Shown: positions 34,401 through 47,309, counted from the first letter of the whole stretch. The stretch: DNA of 63,024 nucleotides, filler included, from 11 parts of 11 records of this genome joined end to end with filler, not necessarily neighbours in it; one strand, 5' to 3'. Notes: a model not told the origin generated them from the letters alone. Made by a program: numbers and translations.

Positions 34401-34571
34401 TATATAGTGAGCAAGCTGCTGCTCGACGCAGTTCACTTCTCTTTCCGAGTCTATCAGTGCGCTGGTGGCTTTGATCAGCACACCAAGGATATGTTCACTG
34501 AGGTGAATGAGATCATCCAGCTAGACAAGGACCGCAAGGAGGCCAACCAACAGGCCGAGCCAGCGCCCTGA
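31408..34571 (+). CDS. LRR (RNI-like) - UIM-like x2 - UBA - CHUP1/IPGA1-like domain fusion protein
   Basis: 28-aa LRRs (LxxLxLxGNxIGDDGAAALA), LSEDDQIDIAIQQTM and LTEEEQIDIAIRQTM, UBA YQESMMVLYELGFTNERASLACLDAVQGDIKRAADML, C-terminal LLLDAVHFSFRVYQCAGGFD. The reading frame is continuous through predicted short introns. Confidence 0.75.
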
Positions 34572-35149
34572 CAGTGCATGGCCTGAGTAGCAAAAGTAGC
34601 GCACACATACTGCACATATCCTTGAGATCGGAAGAGCNNNNNNNNNNNNNNNNNNNNNNNNNNNNNNNNNNNNNNNNNNNNTTAATTAATTAANNNNNNN
34701 NNNNNNNNNNNNNNNNNNNNNNNNNNNNNNNNNNNNNGGTGAGTGGTTGTTCTGCACCCTCATTTTACCTTAGCCTTGACGGCCTTGACGTCGACGCCGG
34801 CTGTCTCGTTCTTCGTGAACCGTACGAAATCGGCTGACCATACATCATCTTCTCCGACATTTGAGGGGGGGCTAGCCCCGAGTCCTGTGGGTTGTACACC
34901 GAGGGGGGTCCCTCCCGGGGAAACCTCGCCCCTCACGCCCTCAGTCCCGTCAGTCAGGTCGCCTGTAGGCAGACAATGCTGCCCATGTCAGTGATGTGGC
35001 TCGCAAGGCGGCCGAAGCTCTAAAAGCTGGTCTGAACAAGCAGCACAAGATGTCTAAGGTGGAGAAGCAGCTGGAGAAACAGAAGCTGGCAGCTGAACGC
35101 GCAGTGGAGAGATTGCTGGTTCAGCAATGGAATTAGTGACAACCAAAGT

Positions 35150-38100
35150 GACCGAGCCCCAATCACACTTACAATCTTGTTCCTGCTCTCACTGGGTCCC
35201 TCAAGAAGTGCCTAATCCCAGAGGCTTGCAATGCCCAGCGGCAAATGATACCAGGAGAGTTTCAATAATTGCCTCACTGAGTTTATCTGTCTTTGCTTGC
35301 ACAAGCTTATTCTGATCTTTGGCCATGCTAGTATCTGGGGTGTTGTTGGCCGAGACAGACTTAAGCACGTTCAGACCAACGAATGTCACTTTTTCAGCAG
35401 AGCTTGACACCTCGTCCAGCACGCCAGTGTGCACCTTGTTCACAGGCTGTCGAGTCCGGTGCCTGGCACAGAACTGCAACAGGGATGAGGCCACTAGACA
35501 GAGTTTGGATTGGGCCAACATGCTCTGATTCTCAAGACATGGACCTTGCAGCGCCTCTGTGAAAGTCTGGAACAAGATGGTGGCTAGCTCAAGCAGCCAT
35601 TTAAGGTTGCGAGCTCAGCTTATGAATTCCAGCAGCCAGCCCCTCGTCGCAGGCGTGGGCCCATACTCCGAAGGAACTCTTGTTGGACCGATTCTTAGAG
35701 GTCGATAGAACCTTTTCAGGGTCTAATAGACAGACCAGGCGCCGCAATGCGTTTTTTACCTCTCTTGAAGTATGATCCTGCAGTGCATAGGGTCAAGCAA
35801 CACTGTTGTAGTACAGTGACCACCCACCTTTGTATGCAGATCAAGCTTCTGATCGAGAACTTTGCCAAACGCTCTCATGATTGTGCTGATGGCGTCAACA
35901 AAGGCAGTTATGTTGCTGTGGGTAGCTTTCCCGACTGTGCGCTCGACCCGCTGCTTAAAAAATGGTATGTAGACGCTAAACTTGGACACATGCCGCAGGC
36001 ACTGCGCAATAACTGAGAAGTGAGGTACATCCAGAAAATCAGCGATAAGCACGCATACCAGTGCGTCCTCGTTATACTGCCGCATCCGCATAATCTGGCT
36101 GTTTGACAAGAGGCTTTGAATGATTTGGCTGGTTTTTTGTCGTGAAAAGTCCTTCATGCGGTCAGTCATCGACCTAGGAACTGCTTTACTGCACATTGGT
36201 TCCTCAAGTACCATCTGCATCGCTTCTTTCTCAGGATCATTGAACACCCGCTGCCTGCTAGCCTTGAACAGTAGGTTGTCCAGAGCCAGTGACACCCTAG
36301 TAGCCAGCAGCCTGAACTTATGATCATGAAGCCCAATAGTGGCCTGCTGTATCTCCTGCAACAGCCCAGCCAAATGGTTGGCCCGCTCCTTATCGGCAAA
36401 GAAGTCCTCTTCTGTATGAAGCTCAGCGCCTAAGCTGAGCATCGCATCCAACAGCGGCAAAATGCCAGAGACAAGTGTGAGATCTTCGATTGGATGCCCG
36501 CTTACTTGCCGGCATTCCTCCACTGCCCAACCAATTCGATTCATCAACATCAACCAGATACACCGCTGCAGCTGCTCTGGGACCTGCATGAACACAGTTT
36601 ATGGGCTAGCGCATGTAGCGAGGCGCCTGCATGTCAGAGACAAAAGCCTGAGTGAGAAACTTGATTAACCACAGCTGTAGAAGCCCAGGAAGCTTGTCTT
36701 GGTAGACTGAATCGTCTGTCAGAAGCTCGCATATCCGTTCTCCACGGATCAGCCTGCGGCACTGAGTGCGCGTGCTGCAATTGTTCTGGATACACAGGGT
36801 GAGCAGTTTGAGAAGCTCGACAGTGAAAAGATAAATCTCTCCATGGAAATCTTTCTGGACAATCATTTTTGCCACAGCCTCCTTGTCAAAGATAGGCACT
36901 AGAACTGCGTTATAGACTTCCGGTTGCATCAGCTGATTCACAGTGCATACTTGTAAACGGGGTATGCCACCGTCAAACTGGATAGTCCCGCTATCGCTGG
37001 TTTGCACCTCTATCGCAATCATATGCTGCAGCACGTACAGACAATGAGGGTCGAGCCGGTTTGTGGCCTGTTTCGTTCGGACTATCATCTCACAGATCGT
37101 ACCAAGATGCGCTTCGGTCAACCTGAGCTTAATCTCGTGATTGTTGTGTACCGCTGCCAGGATGGCGTCCTCAGCCCCAAGTGAAGTGCCCATGAGCCCA
37201 AGGAACATTGAGAGTTTGGACACGCACTTTTCCTGCGTTGCAGGCATTTCGATGCATGCATGTGCGATAACTTTCATTGCATGCCTAAGCATTTTCTGCA
37301 CGCTCGCATTAGCTGGCTGACGGATCCACTCGCAATCGGCCACAATCTTTGGGTAGTGGAAATCAAGAATCTCAAATAGTATTTCAATCACGTTGAGTTC
37401 AGCAAACCAGACCCGATACACCGCCGCCTGCTCGTTGTCAACATCTCGCATGGGCTCGGCTAGAGCTCGACCGAGTGTCTTAATCCGAGTTGTGAGCTGG
37501 TCCATATAGCCAGCATTCGTAGGCTGCACCCGGAGCAGCTTGATCAGACGACGCATCTCCCCCACCACCTAACACGCCGTTCAGGCCTGCCCTTCATGTT
37601 CATGTTCTCACCCGAGTCAGCTCCTCATGGCACTCAGTGCTGATCTTGGTCTGCAGCAGCGTTATATTCTTGAGCCGCTCGATGATCTCATCTATGTGAA
37701 AATATTGACGAGTCACTAACCTGAGCGCCAGCTGGGACAGAGTTGGGTCATCATGCATTGCGAGATCAAACATGGTCTCCAGGTAGGCCGGGGCTGCCCA
37801 AGTGCTTCCCAACTCTCGGAATCCGCCGATATACTGCAGCTGGTCTTCCACTATCTTTTGGTACAATTCAGCTGGCGAACTCTGGATTGCCACGCTTAAG
37901 TGCTCATCTAGACGAACATCCAGGATGAAGTGCATCAGCCGGCACAACTGCACCTTCAGCTCAAACATCTGGCCATTCCGCGTGGAATCAGCATAGTGGT
38001 AGTCCTGCCGCCGGGCCCTGGCTTTGTTGAATATCCGCTCCTTGTTCAACACCACTTTTTTATAATACTTCTCAAAGTACCAGTGCACAGTTTGAGATAG

Positions 38101-40988
38101 TCCCATTGGCGTGGCCTTGGTCTCTTCGTCGATCTCGTAATTTGGCCGTGAAGTACTCAGCTGCGAGAGCAGCCCGACCACAACCCAGGCAAAGTCGTTT
38201 AGATCCTCCTTAGAAAGCAGCCCCAGCCGGGTCATCAGGGTGGCTATGCGGGTGAATGTGACGGCTAGCTTGACATGCTCGGTGTCAGCGTCCAGCCGAG
38301 CCACAAGCCCCTCCTTGTCAGTGAAGAAGCTGATCAAACTACTTTTAAGCCGATCGGCCTCATCAAAAAAGTGCTCAGATCGGCTGTCTCGCCGCTCTCT
38401 CCGGGCCAGGTAGCTATCTGGGGAGTTGGCTGTGGTGCGAATCATGAGCGGAAAGTCCCAATGCTCGGGGAATGAATAGGCATCGACATATTTGACAAGC
38501 ATTAGCCGGGCAAAAGCAAGTCGAATGTCAGAAGGGTTGTCTGGGTCCATCATCATTGAGTTGACAAGCTCGAAGGTGTATACTGGCAGCTCACGAGAGA
38601 GCCGGATGGAGCATTGTTCATTTCGACCGCTGCACATGTCAGCTAAAAGGTGCACCTGAGCTCCAAAGTATTCTCGGGTCCGCATTGCTGGTGTATCCTT
38701 ACCTGGAGAGAAAATCATGTCGATCGAGCCTTGCATTCCTTCAGGCCCAATCAGTTCAAGAGAGAGCTCCTGGTTAGGCCCTCTGTCCATGCGCAACAGA
38801 ACCTGGGGATCGTTCTGGGCATGCGGTGGGAGCACCAATTTGGATATTAAGGTTTGATTCTGGAGCATGGGTTCACCATGCGAGCAGCATAGGCAGGAAA
38901 GAAGCTGGAGGTATCTCAGCTGCCGGCCAAGGTTGTCAGGCTGATCAAAAAGGCGGAGCAGCGTCTTTTGAAGGAACTGTGGAGTGATCTGGGCTAATAC
39001 CTTGTCATTGTTGCGGTATATCTGGGCGAGCGTGTTGGAGGTAGCGAGGGTAGTCTGCATCTCCATCTGAACCAGCTCCTCACTGGCTTCCATCAAAATC
39101 ATTCCGTTGCTCTCGTTGTCTCGACACGCTTCAGTCAACAAATTAATCGTTTTCTCGCATATCTGCACCTCTTGCAAATGGCAACACTTGCTGCTGAAGT
39201 TGGCCCTTGTGCACAGCTGGCCGAGTAGCTGGAGCAGCAAACCAATCACAGACAGATCCTTGAACAGGTTTTGGGTCTCTGTGCTGTAGATCAAGTCACC
39301 TTCTGGGTCGCATATGTAAGCCATATGGTCCATGCACTGCACTAGTCCGTTGGCCACAGATTCCTTGACATCTGGGTCGAGTTCAGTGCTGCGCATCAGC
39401 TGCATCGCGTGCGAAATCGTCCTTTTCCCGGCAATCATTACATAAAGGTTCTGTATTTCCTCGTCGCTTGGTGGCAGGGCAACCATCATGTCCTCTTCTC
39501 TCTTGTTGAGTGTTCCGCAGATGCTCATCTCCCCTGCTTTGCTTGACTTGGGCTCCAAGTGAGCCCAGTAGATTACTTTCCCGCTGCCTGGGGCCCCTAG
39601 ACAAAATTGCTCCCGGAACACCACGGGCTCCTGACTGCTCCTGTCGCGATCAGGTTCCATCACAAACAGGGTTGCATCAGATGAGAGGGTAGTGAGTTCC
39701 ATGTCCATTCTGACCGCCACTCTGCACTCAGTCCGCTCTCGGCGCACAAGATAAAGAAAGAACCCCGTGCCTAAACTTCGGAGTCGGAACCGCTGGCCTC
39801 CAGAGTAGCTGAGCGGCCCGCCGTTCCATTGATCGAAATGCTCAATCTTCCATAGCGAAAGGCAGCTCTCGGTGTTACTCCGTCTGGTGCCTGGACTGTG
39901 CGCATACACCTCAAACTGATCGCAGGACTCGAAGCGCTTTGAAGAGATCAGGGCGCTGTTGGTGTGGCTAGTTGGCTGGGGCTTGAGCCTGACGGCGAGA
40001 AGCCCAGAGTCCTGCTTATGCATCAGCCGGACTATGTCTCCGCCGTGCAGCTCAGCTTCAAGCCTTTGGCTGCAGAAGAGCTCCACCATCAAATTAGCCG
40101 TAAGCTTCGGGTCTGCCCCCTGGGTCAGCCTGGCCACCAGCTCAGAGGTTGCACCAGTTGAGCAGTGCACGTGTTGTAACCCCTGGCTGTGCAGTTGGTC
40201 CTGAATCTCGCCAAGCTCGCAGCTCACTAGCAGCTCCTAACAGACCACGATGATTTCACTAACACTTATCCAGAAAGTATCCCACCCGGAACGTATCGCA
40301 TTGCAGTTGGATGTGGTCGCGTCGGAGCAGCGGGTCGCCCGGCTGACGGATGTGGAATGAGGGCTTGAGCCGCCAGACTGGGCACGCTGCAATATCCGAG
40401 GCCCGATCCAGGTGGTGGATGAGAGAGAGCCGATTACACCTGCTCACGACAGCTAATGACCGCCTAACCAGCGCATAGAGGCTGGTGACCTCTTGTTGTG
40501 CACTGAGAACTCGTTGGCGAGCATCACCAAGTAGCCACCAGTGGATTTGTGTTGGAGCTGCACCTGCACACCCAGCCTTCGCTGCTGCTCTTACCCTATC
40601 CCGCACCGCTTCGCCAAAGTTCACCGGCCCGCCCTCCGTGCCTTGGCGGCTGCCCTTAAGTCAGCCCGGGTAACTGATTTGAGTAGCACTGCAGTGGCTG
40701 GATCACGAACATGCAGTCATCTAAATTAGCGCTCCGGTCGAAATTGGGGGCCTGCCACACGGGCCATGAACCTCCAACAACCACGCATTGGGCACTGGCA
40801 CTAGCGCGAATTCGGAGAGGCCGTAGGATGACAGGACAGTCTCCTCTTTTGTGATGTTTGCTGGCTGTCCAACCACTCAACCGGCCTGTCTGGGGGTCCA
40901 CCGAGTACTGGGCCCCAAGGGCGGCCCGCTGGCTGGAGCGGAGGATGATGACATCCCCATAGTCTATTCCGAGCAGCGGGCGACTCAT
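35150..40988 (-). CDS. Inositol 1,4,5-trisphosphate/ryanodine receptor-like Ca2+ release channel (C-terminal channel domain missing)
   Basis: IDYGDVIILRS...DDCMFVIQP, spliced PVNFGEAVQLQHKSTGGYL, MIR segment GGDIVRLMHKQ...LSLWKIE...FRLRSLGTG, RIH segment YLQLLSCLC...NQTLI, QVHLLADMCSGRN, and RIH-associated TEALQGPCLENQ. Confidence 0.85.
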
Positions 40989-41454
40989 CCCCGGTCCGGC
41001 CGATGGAAGCCCCTGTCAGTCTGGCATACGCCTCGTGTGGGAGGCTCACCAACCTCGGCCCACGCAGCCGAACCGCCGGCCCACCCTGCCCGCAGCAGCA
41101 ACTCGGGCCTGGGTCTTCTTCGACCAGCAGGTAACCCGAGTCTTCGGGGTGGCCTGCCACACGGTGGCGACCCGCGTTAGCCTACCGCGGCAGCTGCCGG
41201 TATCGCTTCGTTCTTGTGCTTTCTTTTTTTTTGACGAGGGGACAGCTTGAATCAAGTAAAGGCCCCAAAAAATACCGACTATAGACGCGTGGGTTTGCAC
41301 TAGTTGCATTATAAGCTCATGGTAAGTAAGCCCATGAGCCCCCACAACGCGTCANNNNNNNNNNNNNNNNNNNNNNNNNNNNNNNNNNNNNNNNNNNNTT
41401 AATTAATTAANNNNNNNNNNNNNNNNNNNNNNNNNNNNNNNNNNNNNNNNNNNN

Positions 41455-44400
41455 CGTTGCGGCCGGTCCCGAGGTAGAGCAGCATGCGGCGCTGGTCCTG
41501 GGCCAGCCGCATGGTGGTGTTTGTGCCTGTGCCATCCTAGGATGATGTTGATTCCGAGTCCGCCTGACTTGCGAGTGTGTGTTCAGGAGAGCATCAACGA
41601 GACACTGGGCAAGCTGGGGATCCCTCACAACCCGCAGCATGTGGTGCGCCGCTCGCACTGGCCCGGCGCTCACTTGCTGGAAGGTTACGTTCATGGGATC
41701 GCCTGTGCAGCTGCCGCCATTGGAACTCAATGACTCTGGTGGTTGCCTGCATGACCATGGGGACCAGGTCTGGCTGCCCACTGTTGCTAGCGGGCCTGAT
41801 TCGGATTGGGCAGTGCATCGGGATGGTTGTGCCCCCGGCGCTCTCTCTGCACTTTGGAGGACACATGATTGCTTGGCCTGGCCGGTGCTCACACCGTCTC
41901 TTGCCTGACCAGCTGACTGCTTGCTGTCCACAGAGTCTTGCCCATGGGCATCGAGCCGACGAAAGCCAACGCCACAGTGCGCCATCGGCAGTCTGTGCTC
42001 GCTCACCAGGGGCTGCAGGACATCTCGTGGCAGCACGTCTACTGGCTTCGGGTCCGGAGCTCAACTGGCTGGGGGGCACCACCTGCCGAGGCGCACTGTG
42101 GCTCATCAGATGCCTATACTGCGGCGCTTCGGCGGGCGACCGGCGAATACATCAAGCTGCCTAAGGCACTGATGAATCCTTGCATGAAGTATGCCAATAG
42201 ACATTCGATCCCGCGGAACAATCTGGTGCTCCTGCAATACAGGAGCCAATCCGGCGAGCTGCGGGTGGCTGAGCGGCCGTTCTGCACCCAGGAGTGGTTT
42301 CAGACGCAGTACAGGCAGCTGCTACGACAGCTGCTCATGAAACACCAGCAGGCTGCCAACAACTACTATGACAAGCTGAGCGCGACCCAGCCAGCGCCCG
42401 AGGCCCCTGCAGCGCCTGCAGAGCAGGCCTCGAATGGTGCTGCTGAGGCGGCACCAGAAGAGGTGCAGATGCCACCAATTGAGGAGATTCCCATGCCAGC
42501 CTGCCTCAAAGGCCCTGGGCCTCCTCACCAATACCAGAAGCAAGGTGCGCTGCTCTGAAAGAAATCGCGTCAGTGTGACTCGGCTCGTTTGTACAGGCAT
42601 TAGCTGGTTGGCTGGAATGTATAATCGTGCGGTTGGCTGTATCCTGGCCGATGAAATGGGGCTAGGCAAGACTCTCCAAACAATAGGTCACACCTCCAGT
42701 GTTGCGCTGCTGTGACCCTCCAGCAGGCCTGCTGGCGCACCTCCATCAGACACAGCCTGGAAAGACTGGGCCACACCTGGTTGTGGTGCCTCTCTCGGTG
42801 CTGGCTAACTGGATCTCTGAATTCAACCAATGGTGCCCGGTTCTCCGTATCATCAAGTTCCATGGAGTCAAGGATGAGCGGCAGCGAGTCAAGGAGGACG
42901 AGCTGATCTATGGCAAGTTTGATGTGTGTGTCACAACTTATGAACAGTTCATTTCAGAGGCACATTTCTTCAAGCACCGGTCAGTTCAGCGTGCACCTGG
43001 CGCATGATAGTGCTCTTTTCAGGTTTGTGTGGGACGTGTTTGTGATCGACGAAGGTCATCGGATCAAGAACGAGAAGTCACTGCTGTCAGTCAACGTGCG
43101 TAGTGTTCCGTGTAAGCTCCGGCTGCTGCTTACCGGCACACCGCTCCAGAACAATCTGCGAGAGCTTTGGTCGCTGTTGCACTTCCTACTCCCAGATGTG
43201 TTCACAGCGGCTTCTTCTGCCAAATTCGAGGATGCTTTCGACTTGGCCAAGGGAAAGTGCGACACTAAGAAGCTTCGACAAGCCCATACCCTGTTACAGC
43301 CCCTGATGATCATGCGAAAGAAGGCCAATGTGGCCGTGACCCTGCCGCCCAAGCGAGAGGTAAAGCTGCCTGTGCCTATGTGCGCACTCCAGCGGATGTG
43401 GTATGCACGCCTGCTGAACCGGCTTTCCACAGAGACGCTTGTCGAGCTCGCCGGAGACTCTAAAGTGCCAGCACCTGCAGTGCTGGCAAAGCCAGAGCCA
43501 GAGCTGGCCGTCGAAGTCCCCTTGGAACTCGGCAAGCGCCAATCGGTTAAGAGAGTGATTCAGATCAAAGACGACGATGGCACCACGCATGATGTGATCC
43601 GTTGGAGCAATGAAGACCAAAGTGCCAAGGAAGAGGTCAAGACTGGACGGGATCCAACTAAAGCTGCAAAGAATTCGGTTGACGACTGGAATAAACTGAT
43701 GAACACAGTGATGCAACTTAGAAAGGTGGGGTCCAGGAGGTGTTGTGCACACATTGAGCTGTCGACAGGTGTGTAACCACCCTTATCTGGTGGCTGGAAG
43801 CATCGAGGCGCCGTACGTGCTCGACGAGCACATGATTTCGGCCTCTGGCAAGCTCGCACTGCTCGATGTGCTGCTTCATCGGTAAGCATCCTCCTTGATG
43901 TGTGCGAATGATGTTTGGCAGGCTGAAGGACGAGGGGCACCGGCTGCTTATCTTTTCGCAGTTCACATCGATGTTAGACATCCTGGAGGACTTCTGCCGT
44001 TTCCGGAGATTAGAGTACACTCGTTTAGATGGCTCAACTAATCGAATCCAACGTCGACTGGACAATCAGAGGTTCAATCACCCGAATTCGACTCTGTCTG
44101 TCTACCTCATTTCGACTCGTGCCGGTGGGCTTGGGATCAACCTTGCCACAGCAGATACTGTGGTACTGTACGATTCCGACTGGAATCCGCAGGTCGATGA
44201 GCAAGCCATTGATCGGGCACACCGGATCGGCCAAAAGAAACCAGTCACAGTCTATCGGTTCGTGACTGCTCAGTCCGTCGAGGAACGGATCGTCCAGTTT
44301 GCTGAGAAGAAGCTGTTTCTATCAGACATGGTCACAGAAACTGAGGCCACCCAGGCAATGATGTCTAGCATAGGCCGAGCTGAGCTGATTAACATCCTGG

Positions 44401-45221
44401 GGACCGGTGCCTCAAACTTCCTCAATGAAGGAAGCTCAACTGCTGAAGGGTTCACTGCAGCAGCAATCGACAAGGCCATTGGGGGCACCGGAGCAGACGC
44501 CAGGCAGACACAAAGGCTCGACTTTGGCGCACTCCAGTCCGTGAGCGAGTACGAGGCGTCACTCAAGCGCCAGACGGCCCTTCAGCCTGCCCCTGTCGTG
44601 TTGGATGGTGCGGCGGAGCTCCAGACTGGTCCCTGCCACTGCCAATGCTCGAGTGTGAGCTCTGGGGACAGGGAATAGGAAATGGAAGCATGAGACAACC
44701 TGCTGGATATGCCATCAAGGCCAATGCGATGCGAAGTGCTCTTTCTGTCCCAAGGTAACCTCATGTCAAAATAGGTCAGCGTCACTCGCACCTTAGGTGT
44801 ACCACACTGCGTGCCTCGGTTACATTCCGCCTTCCACGAGCTGGTCCTGCCCCGTGCACCGCTGTGCCGGCTGCCAGCGCTCCACTGCTGCTGCCGGTGG
44901 GCTGCTCTTTCGGTGCATGCGGTGTGTCACTTCCTACTGCGAGGATTGCTTGCCTGAAGACCAGGTGACCAGCGAGACTTTGGGGCTGAACTTAGCTGCT
45001 GGCAGATTGAGACAGTTGGGCGCGATCTCGCAGCCGAGGCCTCGGGTTACGTATCTAGGCAAGCATACTACATTGTGTGTGGTCCCTGTAGTGGGAATGT
45101 AGTGGAAGAGGGCGGAGCAGAGGACCAAGCAGAGGACCACTCAATGACTGAAGATCTGACCGACAACCTCAGTAGTAATGTGGGCGAGGAGAGCTCCGAG
45201 TTCCCAGAACCAGAGTTCTAA
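41455..45221 (+). CDS. SNF2-family (ISWI-like) chromatin remodelling ATPase with C-terminal PHD-like zinc fingers (5' truncated)
   Basis: GCILADEMGLGKTLQT, DEGHRIKN, LLTGTPLQNNL, LIFSQFTSMLDIL, STRAGGLGINL, DSDWNPQVD...DRAHRIGQ, then WSCPVHRCAGC...FRCMRCVTSYCEDCLP. Confidence 0.9.
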
Positions 45222-45512
45222 TACGAGTACCGTTTTACCATGGCAATAAACAAAATAGTCGACGCGTAACATGCGCATACCTAATAGGAGTATTACCCGT
45301 TTTTGTTGCAACATAGACTCTCGGCGCTCTCTCACAATGATAGATCAAGTTACTCACTGATTTTACTGAATCTTATTATACCTACTCGTACTCGTTCCGG
45401 TTATGTGGCCTACTACTACTTATACCTACTCGTACTCGTACCCAGACAATGTCTCGAGATGAATGACTCATGGGAAAAGCTTAGAACGCAAGTTTGTACA
45501 TGAATCGTGTGA

Positions 45513-46788
45513 CTACTGGAAACGAAGAATGCCGGCGGCTGTAAGCTTGGACAGCTTAGCTGCCATCTGAGGCTCTTTCAGCGCCTGCTGAGCATATTTG
45601 GGGTTTTCCTTGAAGTCGCGGATTGCCTGCTGCACCATTGGATCTGCAAGGATGGCCTGGATCTCAGGATCTTGCTGTGCCCGCCTCAACCGCTCCTCGT
45701 CGGGCTGGTCATACTGAGCCGACTGGATGGCCTGCTGGGTCCGCTTCAGCCCTTCCTCCGCCTTCTTTTTTGAGTCCTCATCCTTAGCCTCCTCAGCCAG
45801 AGCTAGCACCATCTCGTACATAGGGATCACTTTGTGGAACTCCTTGCGGCAAAACAGCAGGTGGGCCTTGTTCAGGTACGCTTTGGGGAAAGTCGGGCAC
45901 TGCCACACAAGCCGTGAGCCAGGCCAGCGCGTGGCGTGGCACCATCTTGATGCAAGCATCGAGGTCCTTCTCTGCCAGAGCCATCTCATTCATCTTAATA
46001 TAGCACGTGGCCCGATTTGACAGGTAGAGATGGTTGTCCTTATCCCGCGCAATGGCCTCCTCGTAGCACTTGAGTGCATTCACGAACTCTTTGTTCTTAA
46101 AGTGCTCGTTACCCTTCTCCTTAGCGGCCAGCGCCAGCTCTGGGTTATGGTAGTCAGCCTCTTTGTGCTTCTTCAGCAGCTGCTTTGCCTTCTTCTGGCG
46201 GTCGAATGCTGCCAGCACCACACTCAGAACACTCTCACTGCCGGCAGCTCACCGTCGTTAGTGTAGTTTTCGACCAGCGAGTTGCCATAAGCCTCTATCG
46301 CTTCATTGTACAGCGGCTCCTTCGCCTCAAACCCCTCGGCGCGAGCTGCCCGGCGCATGTGTGTGTTCCCAACCCGAATCCAGGCCTTGGCGATCATCTT
46401 GAAGTCGCACATAACCTCCCGGCCCTTGGCGATCGCGTCCATGCACGTCTCGATGCAGCCATCAAAGTCGTCCTGCTCGAACTTGCATGCAGCAATGTTG
46501 GTCAGCGGCGAGATGTCCTTGTTATAGATCTCGTAAGCCTTCTCGTAATGGCTCACAGCGGTGGCAAAGTCCTTCTCCTTGTAGGCCGCGGTGCCCAGAT
46601 CCTGCAACCTGGTCAGTGCACCTAGCCTGCTCAGCGCCCACCTTCTCGGCAGCTGCTTCTTCCTTGAGCTTGAGCTCGGCTTTCTCCTCCTCCGTCAGCT
46701 CCTTCTCCGGCTCCTTGGGCTTTTCTGGCTCCTTGGGCTTCGGCGGCTGCCCCGAGGGCTCGGGCCTCCAGTCAGCCCCCCCGCGCAC
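45513..46788 (-). CDS. STI1: Hsp70-Hsp90 organising protein STI1/HOP (5' truncated)
   Basis: TPR repeats (KEKGNEHFKNKEF, LYLSNRATCYIK) and C-terminal DP2 domain DPEIQAILADPMVQQ...KLTAAGIL. Confidence 0.92.
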
Positions 46789-46888
46789 NNNNNNNNNNNN
46801 NNNNNNNNNNNNNNNNNNNNNNNNNNNNNNNNTTAATTAATTAANNNNNNNNNNNNNNNNNNNNNNNNNNNNNNNNNNNNNNNNNNNN

Positions 46889-47178
46889 CACTCCTAGCAG
46901 CATCACGAACCAGTCCCGGATGAGCGGGCCGGTGCGCGCGTTGCAGTCGTTGCAGTCGATCCGGATCTGGCCGCCCTCTGGGACGTATATGTAGCACCGC
47001 TCGTTGTTGAAGCCTATCACTAGCCCGAGCAGTAGCATCAGCAGCTGCACCCCGCAGATCCCGAGCAGGATCTTGGGCGCCTGCCGCACCGGCTGGCCCC
47101 AGACCAACCAGCCAGCCCAACCTTGTCCAGGTCGCCCTCGCGGTCCCAGCCGAGCAGCGGACCCAGCCAGCGATCCAT
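46889..47178 (-). CDS. Small membrane protein, 3' truncated
   Basis: MDRWLGPLLGWDREGDLDK|APKILLGICGVQLLMLLLGLVIGF...DCNDC with one short intron. Confidence 0.45.
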
Positions 47179-47256
47179 CCCCGTGCCCGGTGCGTGCCAC
47201 GCGCTCCCGAGTCGAGACACCAAGAAAAAAAATTGTTGCGACAGAGACACTCTAGA

Positions 47257-47309
47257 GACACGCTGACACGCTGACACGCTGGAGTCGCCGCGTCGCCGCG
47301 GTCGCCGCG
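47257..47309. repeat. Short tandem triplications in the divergent promoter region upstream of CPS
   Basis: GACACGCT x3 (47257-47280), then GTCGCCGC(G) x3 (47284-47309). Confidence 0.8.

Noticed and set aside
34738-35150. IP3R-like gene as a naturally channel-less protein
   Set aside because: Similarity ends about 400 nt from the contig edge, where the + strand looks coding (KMSKVEKQLEKQKLAAE...*). A chimeric or misassembled end is more likely.
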